The translations under genes were made by a program, and so were the position numbers. A stretch of DNA of 64,000 nucleotides, taken from assembly GCA_033764315.1 (NCBI GenBank), contig JANRJA010000137.1, positions 46,274 to 110,273 on the forward strand, read 5' to 3'. The notes below the pieces were generated by a model that was not told where the DNA came from, made no database searches, and was given only the letters and a program-made list of their open reading frames with translations. The stretch comes from Oculatellaceae cyanobacterium bins.114 (GTDB lineage Bacteria; Cyanobacteriota; Cyanobacteriia; Elainellales; Elainellaceae). Shown here one piece after another: positions 40,896 to 49,689 of the stretch. Numbering within the stretch: position 1 is the first letter of the stretch; each line of letters starts with the position of its first letter.

Positions 40896-41255
40896 ATGGC
40901 CTCCCGTTCACAGTCTCAGTTACATCCCTGCCCAGTCAGCATTCTCATGGGTGTCTTGTCTGGACCTTGGACGATGTATATTTTGTGGGTGTTGTCTACT
41001 AATGGCCCTACCCGCTTTGGTGTCTTGAAACGACAAATTCAAGGAATTTCAACCAAGGTCTTGACCGATCGTTTGCGGATGTTGGAACAGGAAGAAATTC
41101 TCTATCGGCATTATGAACCCACCGTGCCACCCCAGGTGACGTATGGCTTAACCGAGCGAGGCTTAGAGTTGGTTGTCATTCTTGACCAGTTAAACAGTCT
41201 TGCTCAGTGTTGGTATGGTGACTCACCCAACCTGCGCCAGTCAGACGCATCCTGA
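40896..41255 (+). CDS. HxlR family transcriptional regulator
   Basis: CPV...LSGPW..IL...GPTRF..L...I.GISTKVLT.RLR.LE...VPPQVTY.LT..G. Confidence 0.93.
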   Translation: MASRSQSQLHPCPVSILMGVLSGPWTMYILWVLSTNGPTRFGVLKRQIQGISTKVLTDRLRMLEQEEILYRHYEPTVPPQVTYGLTERGLELVVILDQLNSLAQCWYGDSPNLRQSDAS

Positions 41256-41263
41256 CTTAGGTT

Positions 41264-42610
41264 TTAGACCACAGGTTGAATCGTGCGGAAAAAATCGCCA
41301 ATGAGATATAAAGAGCCGCAAAGAATCGTTGTGCCCCCAGAGCCTTCAGCGTCAATCCCTTGAAATGAGGCTTGTAACCCCTCTAAAACCGTGGCACAAG
41401 AGCGACATTCTGCTAGTTCAGGACAGCTCTTGAGGGCTAAAGTAGTGAGTTCATCTAAATCTGCCGAGGCGTGATCGGGCACTGGGACGAGATAGAGGCG
41501 ATCGCCCGGACGCAGCAATGCCTGAAAGACATCAGCATGATCTTTGTTAGCCAACATTCCCATCACCCAACCGATGGGAGAGTGCACGTTGTCGTTATGG
41601 TCGATGTTATGGTCGATGTAGTGCCGCAAGGCGATCGCCCCCGCCGGATTGTGTGCCCCATCAATTAAGAGCGATCGCCCCTCCCAGGTGATCCATTGCA
41701 GACGGGCAAACCAACGAGTTTTTGCCATGCCTTCAGCGATCGTACTAGAGTCGATCGCCCATCCTTGCGATTGCAACAGTTGCAGAGCTGTAATGGCTAA
41801 AGCGGAGTTGGATAACTGATGAGCACCGGGTAACGGTAATTGATATTTCAGCGGATAGCACCAGGTTGGGGCTGCTGAGATCATTCTCATCCCGGTATAT
41901 TCTGCCCAGCCATCGCCTAGATCACGGGATGGCTCGATCCAATAGGTTGGGCACGTCAAATCTGTGGCTCGTTGTTGGACGACTCCCTCTGCATCTGGGG
42001 GAAAGGCCGCTAAAATTGCCGGACATCCTGGCTTAAGAATTCCAGCTTTTTCACGAGCAATGTCAGCTAAGGTGGGGCCTAATCGCTGCCAGTGCTCTCG
42101 GCTCAACGAGGTGATGATGCTAGCAAGGGGGCGATCGCACACATTAGTAGCATCTAGCCGTCCACCTAAGCCGACCTCAATTACGGCAACATCCACCTGG
42201 CACTCTGCAAAATATAACCAGGCAGCCGCAGTAATCACTTCAAATTGAGTGGGCGAGGGGTAATCGGGTTGAATGGCCGCTATCACCCTGAGTAAGAGGT
42301 GATGTAACTCAGCGGGGGCGATCGGTTGTTCATTGATGCAAATGCGTTCACACCAGTCCACTAGATGGGGTGAGGTATATCGTCCAACTCGATATCCAGC
42401 ATAAGTCAACACAGCCGATAAATAAGCGCAGACAGAACCTTTGCCGTTACTCCCGGCGACATGCAAGACGGGCATGTGCTGATGAGGATTGCCCAGATTT
42501 TCTAGCAATCGCTCGATCCGCTCTAAGCCCAAGTCCACCCCAAAGTGAGCAAACCTCTCTAAAAGGGCTTCAACGTTTTCCACCCAGTGATCCATCGAAT
42601 TTTTTGTCAA
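41264..42610 (-). CDS. folC: Folylpolyglutamate/dihydrofolate synthase
   Basis: HVAGSNGKGS, YTSPHL, EVGLGGRLDATN, DGAHNP, CGSLYL. Confidence 0.95.
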   Translation of the reverse strand: MTKNSMDHWVENVEALLERFAHFGVDLGLERIERLLENLGNPHQHMPVLHVAGSNGKGSVCAYLSAVLTYAGYRVGRYTSPHLVDWCERICINEQPIAPAELHHLLLRVIAAIQPDYPSPTQFEVITAAAWLYFAECQVDVAVIEVGLGGRLDATNVCDRPLASIITSLSREHWQRLGPTLADIAREKAGILKPGCPAILAAFPPDAEGVVQQRATDLTCPTYWIEPSRDLGDGWAEYTGMRMISAAPTWCYPLKYQLPLPGAHQLSNSALAITALQLLQSQGWAIDSSTIAEGMAKTRWFARLQWITWEGRSLLIDGAHNPAGAIALRHYIDHNIDHNDNVHSPIGWVMGMLANKDHADVFQALLRPGDRLYLVPVPDHASADLDELTTLALKSCPELAECRSCATVLEGLQASFQGIDAEGSGGTTILCGSLYLIGDFFRTIQPVV

Positions 42611-42642
42611 AACGAAGCTTATTTATTATCAGCAAAAATCAA

Positions 42643-43569
42643 CTACAAACTGATCGGGGTAGATGGTCGATTAAGCATTAATCGCAGCACTGACAAGCTG
42701 AGAACGAGTAAGAACAGGACTAGTCCCACAGTACAGGCATAGCTCATCTCTAACTCTTGAAAGGCTTGCTCATAGACGTAATACACAATTGTCTTAGAGC
42801 TGTTGCGAGGGCCTCCCTGCGTCATGATATAGACCTCTTCAAACACCTTGGTCGCTGAGATTGCCGAAATCACTGCTACCAGAAACAAATAGGGCTTCAT
42901 CAGGGGAATGGTGATATCCCAGTGTTTTTGCCAACCATCAGAACCGTCGATCGCGGCTGCCTCATATAGATCAGCGGGAATGGATTGCAACCCTGCTAGA
43001 TAGATCACCATGTAATACCCCAACCCTTTCCATACGGTGACTGCCATGACACTAAACAGGGCAAATTTAGGACTGGTTAACCAGGGAATGCCTTCTTCAG
43101 ACAGGTGCAACGCCTGTAGCAGTTGATTGAGCAACCCTGTTTCGGAATAGAGCCAACGCCAAGCAATGCCAGCGACCACCATCGAAATGACTACAGGAGT
43201 ATAGTACGCCGCCCGAAACCAGTGCATTCCTGGAATGGCTTGATTGACCAAAATGGCTAACCCCAGTGGCACCGTCACCAAAATAGGCACGACGCCGACC
43301 AGATAAATCACCGTGTTGATCAGGGTTTTCCAAAAGACATCATCTTTTAGTAGTGCCTTTAAATTATCTAGCCCAATCCATACAGGAGGTTGGGTGAGGT
43401 CAAATTCATAGCGAGTAAAGCTCAGGTAAAAAGCTTGTAGAGCCGGATAAAAGACAGTCAACGAGAGAATTAACAGAGCTGGTAACAAAAACAAATAAGG
43501 TGTCAGTCGTTGCCATCGTTGAATCCAACGAGTCGAAGACGGGGGTTGCATTTGACTGACATTCGACAT
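42643..43569 (-). CDS. Carbohydrate ABC transporter permease
   Basis: EAA loop LQSIPADLYEAAAIDG, MTQGGP, six-TM pattern. Confidence 0.93.
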   Translation of the reverse strand: MSNVSQMQPPSSTRWIQRWQRLTPYLFLLPALLILSLTVFYPALQAFYLSFTRYEFDLTQPPVWIGLDNLKALLKDDVFWKTLINTVIYLVGVVPILVTVPLGLAILVNQAIPGMHWFRAAYYTPVVISMVVAGIAWRWLYSETGLLNQLLQALHLSEEGIPWLTSPKFALFSVMAVTVWKGLGYYMVIYLAGLQSIPADLYEAAAIDGSDGWQKHWDITIPLMKPYLFLVAVISAISATKVFEEVYIMTQGGPRNSSKTIVYYVYEQAFQELEMSYACTVGLVLFLLVLSLSVLRLMLNRPSTPISL

Positions 43570-43662
43570 GATGGACGACCTGAACTACTGAAACTGCTCT
43601 TGTCAAGTTATCACGTTGTAACGAAATTCAAAGAATTTGCGATCACCTAGCTCAAGAGATAT

Positions 43663-43676
43663 AGTACACTTGTACC
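43663..43676. promoter_or_regulatory. Cyanobacterial LexA box
   Basis: AGTACACTTGTACC matches RGTACNNNDGTWCB at every position; a second palindrome TAGTAC-N8-GTACTA at 43689-43708 abuts a TATAAAT -10-like element. Confidence 0.75.
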
Positions 43677-43786
43677 ATATCAATACATTAGTACTAACTT
43701 GCGTACTATAAATCTTGCATCAACTTCGCCTTAGAAAGCATCAAGCATTCATAAAATCCCCGATGAAATCCCAGGAGTCATTGCGA

Positions 43787-44140
43787 ATGCAAATCCGACA
43801 ACGCCCCCTTGAAACCCGTTCTCCCCATTCGATCCATCCTCGCTCAATTTCTCGAAATGTGAGTGAAACAGACTTGCCGCAGTGGTTGCAGCCTCCGACC
43901 GAATTTACCTCAGCACTAGCAGAGGCGATCGCTTGGATTGCAGCCGCAACGGCGATCCGCATGGTGATGGATTGGCTCTTAGCTAGCTCACCTGATTTTT
44001 GGATTCCTGTCTTGATTGGCATTGTTACTCCAGCGGCGATCGCGGTCGGGCTATCAACCCTGATGCCGCAGTTGAGTTTGGTTTTAGGATATCGCCTGAT
44101 TCTAGTCATGCTTGGGTTGTTAATCGGAGGAAAGCTATGA
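43787..44140 (+). CDS. Hypothetical small multi-TM membrane protein
   Basis: AGGAG 9 nt upstream of ATG 43787; about three hydrophobic segments; ends GYRLILVMLGLLIGGKL. Confidence 0.8.
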   Translation: MQIRQRPLETRSPHSIHPRSISRNVSETDLPQWLQPPTEFTSALAEAIAWIAAATAIRMVMDWLLASSPDFWIPVLIGIVTPAAIAVGLSTLMPQLSLVLGYRLILVMLGLLIGGKL

Positions 44141-44235
44141 GCATTGTGATGGGAGCCGTTTGGCTAATGATCGTGTTGTCTTGTTTTGTATTGGCACTGG
44201 GAGGGCAGGCAAATGAACAGGAAGATGAAGCGTAA
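44137..44235 (+). CDS. 32-aa single-TM microprotein
   Basis: MSIVMGAVWLMIVLSCFVLALGGQANEQEDEA*; GGAGG at 44126-44130; ATGA start/stop overlap with the upstream gene. Confidence 0.65.
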   Translation: MSIVMGAVWLMIVLSCFVLALGGQANEQEDEA

Positions 44236-44614
44236 ACCTCAGAAAAATCCACCGAACGTGAAATATCTCTTGGCGGGCGGCTCGATGCTGGTGTTGGTTG
44301 GGGTTTTGGCAGATGTGAGAGCCGTGTTTAAGCCTGCTGCACCCAGTAATGTTTGCCAAGAGGTCGTGCAGTCTCAGTCGGTGTTGTCGCGAGATGAGTT
44401 AGCTCGGTTGCTCAATGTGCCAGAACGAGACACTAAAGAAGCGATTCGGGCGGTCGTCAGTGAGCCTTATTGCCTGTTGCCCAATGTTGAGATTCGGGCA
44501 GGGGTAACCGCTGAGCGAGAAGCCTATCCACTTGCTTTTGACCCCCAAACCTGGTTTGTGGTGCTCTATGAGGGCAATGAATATGCAGGTTATTCATTTG
44601 TCTTTCAGCATTAA
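44213..44614 (+). CDS. Hypothetical N-anchored extracytoplasmic protein with two Cys
   Basis: GGAGGG upstream of ATG 44213; basic N-terminus, TM YLLAGGSMLVLVGVLA, then CQEVVQ...EPYC...REAYPLAFDPQTWFVVLYEG. Confidence 0.82.
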   Translation: MNRKMKRKPQKNPPNVKYLLAGGSMLVLVGVLADVRAVFKPAAPSNVCQEVVQSQSVLSRDELARLLNVPERDTKEAIRAVVSEPYCLLPNVEIRAGVTAEREAYPLAFDPQTWFVVLYEGNEYAGYSFVFQH

Positions 44615-44669
44615 TTTCATTCAAACTCAAGTCCCCATTTAAGTCCCGCTTATTGTTGCGCCTCCGGTT

Positions 44670-45923
44670 ATGAAGAACTATTGTTTTGCGGCGATTGGTA
44701 TGATGGCGATCGCTCTTGGTCTTGCCCCTGCTGCGACTGCCACCGATGCTTCCTCCATCGGGTTAGATTTTTCATTGGCTCCTGGCACTTCTCCTGAGAC
44801 TGTAGAGAGTGGAAGTTTAACACCTCTCAAACCTGTCAATGGAGTGCAAGCTGTTGAAGAAACTCAGGTAACACCGCTAGCGATTCCCATGCAAGCTCCT
44901 GCTGCCCCTTTAGGCTCTGAGAGTAAGCCAACCGATACTGCCAAGTTGCCCCCTCCGCCTGTAGTTGCGGCACAGGCTTCCCCTAGCTCGGTTGCTGCTC
45001 CTGAGTCAACCGTTCCACAGGCTCCGGTGCCAACTCCACCAACCGTTACGCCTCAACCCGTTGCAGTACAGCCCGCTCCAGCGCAAGTGTCTCCTCAGGA
45101 AACAGTGGGGCGATCGCCTCAATCGGCTCCTCAACCAGCTTCTCGCTCTGCTAACTCAGACGGCATTTTGAGTTTTGAGCAAGAACAGATTACCCCGACC
45201 GCACAAGCGACTATAAATCCTCCTGCGTCGTCTGGTTTCTCTGCTTCACTGCAAGCCTTTTCTGAGTTAGATGCATTGTTTCATGGGGGGAACAACTCTC
45301 TGGTTGCCAGAGCGGTTGGTAGTGCGGAGGGCACTCGTACCCCTGACGGGGCTAAAACTCGTGCCTATCGAGGACATGTTGACCCTGGCAATGGCGTTTG
45401 GAATTTAGGTACTTTTTCGTATCAGCATGGGGCTCAGTCACCAGAGGAGGCAGACCAACGGCAACTGCGACGGTTACGCAATCAAGCTATGACGTTGCGA
45501 CAGGCGGCTGAAACGAAAGGGTTGCAGTTGACCCTTGAAGAAGAACTAAACGGCATCGACCTGGCCAATCAATCGCCTAGAGCTGCATTGAGTCGAGGGG
45601 GTTATATCGATCGGCTGCGCCAGGCACACGATATGGGCTTGCAGGGAACGGATGCAGTCTTGTGGGCACGGACACGCTCCTACCTGGATCCTGATTCAGG
45701 TCGGTGGAATGCACCTGGATTGGGCAACAATGTCTATTCCATTACGAATGATCAAGAAAGGCGATTACGGGCGATCGCTCGTGCCATCGCAGCTAAGCCT
45801 CAGGCTACTGCGTCCGCTAACTCTACGCCTGCTCCGGTCAATCCTAGGGCTGCTCTAAATGTCGAGCCATCTCAAATCGAAGCAAATGCTGATCTAATCC
45901 TCTCGCTGGATTTGTCTCCTTGA
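44670..45923 (+). CDS. Exported protein with P/A/Q-rich linker and a putative lysozyme-like C-terminal domain
   Basis: Sec-type signal peptide; AEGTR...AYRGHVDPGNGVWNLG motif; see findings. The ORF is well supported, the function is inferred. Confidence 0.75.
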   Translation: MKNYCFAAIGMMAIALGLAPAATATDASSIGLDFSLAPGTSPETVESGSLTPLKPVNGVQAVEETQVTPLAIPMQAPAAPLGSESKPTDTAKLPPPPVVAAQASPSSVAAPESTVPQAPVPTPPTVTPQPVAVQPAPAQVSPQETVGRSPQSAPQPASRSANSDGILSFEQEQITPTAQATINPPASSGFSASLQAFSELDALFHGGNNSLVARAVGSAEGTRTPDGAKTRAYRGHVDPGNGVWNLGTFSYQHGAQSPEEADQRQLRRLRNQAMTLRQAAETKGLQLTLEEELNGIDLANQSPRAALSRGGYIDRLRQAHDMGLQGTDAVLWARTRSYLDPDSGRWNAPGLGNNVYSITNDQERRLRAIARAIAAKPQATASANSTPAPVNPRAALNVEPSQIEANADLILSLDLSP

Positions 45924-45968
45924 TAAGCCTTGATAGAAAACAGGCGAGGCATGATGTTGGTTGCTCGA

Positions 45969-46184
45969 CTAGCCTAAAAAATAATCATCTAACTTAGCCA
46001 ATAGCTCATCCCAGACTGGATCAACTCCATGTTCTTGACGCTTTCGTTGTTGCAGCGATCGCACAGCTTCAGTAAGGGATTGGTCAGTACTAATAGATTG
46101 ACGGATCTCCTCGATTAGCTGGTCGAGGTCAGTTTCGGATGAGTCCATGATAGGTGTAACCGCAAGGAGCGAGGTTGAATACAT
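45969..46184 (-). CDS. Small acidic helical hypothetical protein
   Basis: MYSTSLLAVTPIMDSSETDLDQLIEEIRQSI...DPVWDELLAKLDDYFLG; start uncertain. Confidence 0.6.
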   Translation of the reverse strand: MYSTSLLAVTPIMDSSETDLDQLIEEIRQSISTDQSLTEAVRSLQQRKRQEHGVDPVWDELLAKLDDYFLG

Positions 46185-46439
46185 ATCTGTGTTGAGTTGT
46201 GCTGATATGCTTAAGATACCCAAAGCAAAAGGGCACTCTCTTCGCCCTTCCGGTTCACCCAATGTAATGATCCAGCTGCGTGACTCAACGCCACACCTAA
46301 TATAGCCGGAACGAGTTCGGTTATTTTTGCTGAAATTTTATTCAAAGCTTTTGTTTGATTGATCAACATCGCAAGAGGATGTTGCTGCCCTATCTATAAC
46401 TTCTATAAAACGTTGCTAGAGAGTTATACGTTAGACCAG

Positions 46440-46513
46440 GGCGAATGATGGGACTCGAACCCACGAATGGCGGTACCACAAACCGCTGCCTTAACCACTT
46501 GGCTACACTCGCC
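46440..46513 (-). tRNA. trnH: tRNA-His(GUG), G-1 encoded, CCA not fully encoded
   Basis: GGCGAGTGTAGCCAAGTGGTTAAGGCAGCGGTTTGTGGTACCGCCATTCGTGGGTTCGAGTCCCATCATTCGCC; anticodon arm GCGGT-TTGTGGT-ACCGC; upstream TGTTATAAT at 46526-46534. Confidence 0.97.
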
Positions 46514-46542
46514 ATTAATTATGTGATTATAACATCTTCTCT

Positions 46543-46612
46543 GTACTGGCAAGCCGAAATTGGTTGTAATTTTCAGCGTACTGGCAAGCCGGGATGGGTC
46601 GTAAGTTTTAGC
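46543..46612. repeat. 2 x 35-bp imperfect tandem repeat
   Basis: GTACTGGCAAGCCG...TTTCAGC / GTACTGGCAAGCCG...TTTTAGC. Confidence 0.8.
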
Positions 46613-46652
46613 TTGCTATAGTCTTGAAAGGGTTTAGTTGAGTCTAGAGCAT

Positions 46653-47042
46653 ATGAAAGGGTTGACGATTGGCGCATATTTAGTAGGTGCAGCACTGGTG
46701 GGGGTAGGAGTCGCTATGGCACTGACGAACCCCGGTCAAGCTGCTTACGATGAGTATGCAACGGAACAATTAACGCAATATCTCAAAGACAACGCCTGTA
46801 CACAGGCTCCTAGCTTGTTTGGCAATCGCCTACAAGAGCAATGTGGAGAACTGTTAGATGACAATCAATCTAAAGTCCGCCAGTTTATCTCACGCAACAC
46901 TGAACGGCAAAATTTTTTGATTTTGAGTGTGTATAAAACTGACTTGGCGATCGCGGAATTGGGTCCACTCTTGCCGTCTTACCACTTTGAAACGATTGGA
47001 GTGTTTCAGCAGTTCTATATCTATAAGGCTGCAAAACAATAA
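46653..47042 (+). CDS. DUF4359-like protein
   Basis: TM then ALTNPGQAAYDEYA..., two Cys, TERQNFLILSVYKT, FETIGVFQQFY. Confidence 0.8.
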   Translation: MKGLTIGAYLVGAALVGVGVAMALTNPGQAAYDEYATEQLTQYLKDNACTQAPSLFGNRLQEQCGELLDDNQSKVRQFISRNTERQNFLILSVYKTDLAIAELGPLLPSYHFETIGVFQQFYIYKAAKQ

Positions 47043-47206
47043 GCCCGTTCAGGGTTGTCTTCTTGACCTCGTTGCCCAATCAACGATTACCTGTTGCCAG
47101 CCACATATCCCCTGTGTCAGTCGATCGTAGGCAATTGGCTCAAGAGTGTCATAGTCGGTGTGATCAAAGGGATATCGAAAGGGCGCGGCATTGCAGTGAC
47201 ACTAAC

Positions 47207-47463
47207 TCAACGTGAATTCGGGATAAGGATTTTGGTGGTTGAAACCGCAACTACAGGAGCAAAACCGACCTGATATGAAATCTGGCTGCTTCCCTGTTGT
47301 AAGGCTAGGCTAAAACCTTTGTCTGTAGGAAAGTAACTAGTAAGCAACTAGCCGGATTTTGTATGAGTCGGTTCACTCAACCCTTGATTTTCTGCAGTTC
47401 GCAAAGGCGAACTTCGCTCTGATAGCCGCGAATTTATTCGCTAGGCTTTTAAACCGAACTGAC
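47207..47463. mobile_element. Dispersed palindromic repeat, copy 3 (MITE-like), with a nested 96-bp element at 47271-47366
   Basis: Flanked by the direct repeat TGACACTAAC (47197, 47460); inner element has ends TGATATGAAATCTGGCT / AGCCGGATTTTGTATGA. Confidence 0.75.
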
Positions 47464-47559
47464 ACTAACCCAACAGGAGCGATCGCCACAATCAGGATTG
47501 CTCCTAGTATGCCCAGACGAGCGATCGCTGCCCGATGAATGAGCTATAGATGTTTCCGC

Positions 47560-48855
47560 TTATCGCTCATCCCACTCCGCTGCCGCATCTGTAACAGCTT
47601 GATCCACCGTCTTCTCCTCTAACATTGCTGCTTGCAAGTTGTTATAAATGATCTTTTGCAATTCACGAATGTCTTCTAAAGGAGGCAACAACACCTCAGC
47701 ATCTTGCATTTGACCCGCACTAATAGAACGCGCCTTTTCCACAGAGGTTGCATTCTCTGGGAGAGCTGTAAAGTGAGGATCTGCCAGGGCATCAGTGGTC
47801 GAGGGTAAGACATTGGCGGCTTTGGCAAACGACAGTTGATTGTCGTTGTTTGTGACAAACAGGGCAAATTTAAGGGCTGCATCCGGTTGATCGGTGCTGC
47901 GTGGAATCAAAAGATTCATCACGGCAACACTCCGCTTGCCTGTTGCACCCGTGATTTGAGGAGCCGCTGCTGACACGTTGGCGATCGCAGGGGCATTGAT
48001 CTCAATCGTTTTAAGAAACTCAGGACTGGAAGAGAGCACGGCTGTCTCACCCTGTTGATAAAGTTCGATGCCGCGTCGATGTCCTTGTGTTAAAACTTCC
48101 TTAGGCAGCAAATCTTGTTGATAGAGATCGACCCAGAATTGAAATGCTGTTTTTCCTTCAGGGGTGTTAAAAGCCGCTTTACCTGCATCATCCACCAAGG
48201 TCACGCCCATTTGTACCAACGACTGCATCACTTCAGCGGAGTCTTCTGGCACAAACGTGACAAAGTAAGCGTACTTGCCTGTCGTGTCTTTAATGGTGCG
48301 AGCCGCTTGTGCTAGCTCTTCATAGCTGTTGGGAGCCTGGTCTAATCCTGCTTGTTTTAGCAACTCGGTGTTATAGATAGCGACGCTGCTTGTGAGATAC
48401 CAGGGAATGCCAAAACTTTTGCCGTTTAGGGTGCTGGCTTGCCAGATTTTAGGAAGATAGTGTTGTTGAATATCAGTTGGAATTTGATCATCGAGTTCTA
48501 ACCAGGCGTTGCGTCCAGCAAGTTGAGCTGCAAAATCAGGGTTAAGGTTAACAACATCGGGGGCAGTTCCAGCAGAAACAGCCGTCAAAATTTTACTCTG
48601 CATGTCTGCCCAGGGCACATCAACCCAACGCACTTTGATGCCAGGATTATCACTTTCAAACTCAGCAATTAACTGATTAAAGTAATCGGTGAATTGGGGT
48701 TGAAGTTGCATTGTCCAAAATTCGACTTCTGCTGCCCCAGAGGTTGATTGTTGTGATTGAGAGGAGGTTGGGCTGCAACTGCTGATCACCCAACTCAGTA
48801 ACAAGCCCAGGAGGGCAAAGATACCCAGTTTTTTCCAAATTCTGATGCGTCTCAT
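47560..48855 (-). CDS. Sugar ABC transporter substrate-binding lipoprotein
   Basis: Lipobox ISSC, FWTMQL, APDVVNLNP, GIPWYL. Confidence 0.92.
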   Translation of the reverse strand: MRRIRIWKKLGIFALLGLLLSWVISSCSPTSSQSQQSTSGAAEVEFWTMQLQPQFTDYFNQLIAEFESDNPGIKVRWVDVPWADMQSKILTAVSAGTAPDVVNLNPDFAAQLAGRNAWLELDDQIPTDIQQHYLPKIWQASTLNGKSFGIPWYLTSSVAIYNTELLKQAGLDQAPNSYEELAQAARTIKDTTGKYAYFVTFVPEDSAEVMQSLVQMGVTLVDDAGKAAFNTPEGKTAFQFWVDLYQQDLLPKEVLTQGHRRGIELYQQGETAVLSSSPEFLKTIEINAPAIANVSAAAPQITGATGKRSVAVMNLLIPRSTDQPDAALKFALFVTNNDNQLSFAKAANVLPSTTDALADPHFTALPENATSVEKARSISAGQMQDAEVLLPPLEDIRELQKIIYNNLQAAMLEEKTVDQAVTDAAAEWDER

Positions 48856-48906
48856 GCGTGGCTTAGTAGGTTGCTAAAAGTTGCCAGGGGCGAGCGATTT
48901 GATCGA

Positions 48907-48948
48907 GATCAATCCACTGGGATCAATCCATCGGGATCAACCCACCGT
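48907..48948. repeat. 3 x 14-bp tandem repeat
   Basis: GATCAATCCACTGG GATCAATCCATCGG GATCAACCCACCGT. Confidence 0.75.
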
Positions 48949-49689
48949 TGTTGATAAGTATTGAACGGCAGGCAGCGGTGTAGCCATTATCGCTGATTTA
49001 GAGATCAGCGTTGTGATCCAACGGCAAACCTCAGCATACAGGGGCGATCGCCCACCTTCCCTCACGGGTACTCTCTACCATCAGAGAGATTGTCAAGGCA
49101 CTAATTTATAAATAAAAGTAGTGAAATTAAAAAATAATGCTATATATAGAGGAAACTTAATCCAGTTTTTTCTTTCAACGCTATATATAGCAAGTCTTTC
49201 AAGTGATCGACTTTGCTTAATCAGAGGTGTCGTCTATCTACATTAGTCAGCAAAATTGCAAATGTGAAGAGCTGATCGTCTTTATGGCTATGCTCTTGGA
49301 TGCGTTTTTTGACCTAAGTTCTCACTAAAATTTTTCACAAGTATACGCTTTTTTCTCAACTGTGTGTAATATCGCTAATAAAAGAGGGTATTTTTTACTA
49401 ACTGACCTGATGAGAGACAACCGTTTTTGAATTGGGTCATGACCCGAGTTGACCATAAGTTCGGGGAGCAGTTTTACTCGTTTTTCCCATTCACGAGATC
49501 GGTTTGAGAAATTTTTAGAAGAAATATTCATTAAAGTTTGTATCCTTTGCAATAATGTGGAAATTCTCAATTAAATTGGATAGCATGCAATAGCATTAAT
49601 CATGCGTATAATAAAGTCTTTCCAAAATTACTTCAGTTTAAAAAAGCTTGCCTCACTTCTCCTAACTTTATCGATTGGCAGGAAAAACG

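Noticed and set aside
42643..48855. tRNA-His-anchored genomic island separating the sugar permease and binding-protein genes
   Set aside because: No integrase, I found no duplicated tRNA 3' end, and HIP1 sites occur normally within the interval.
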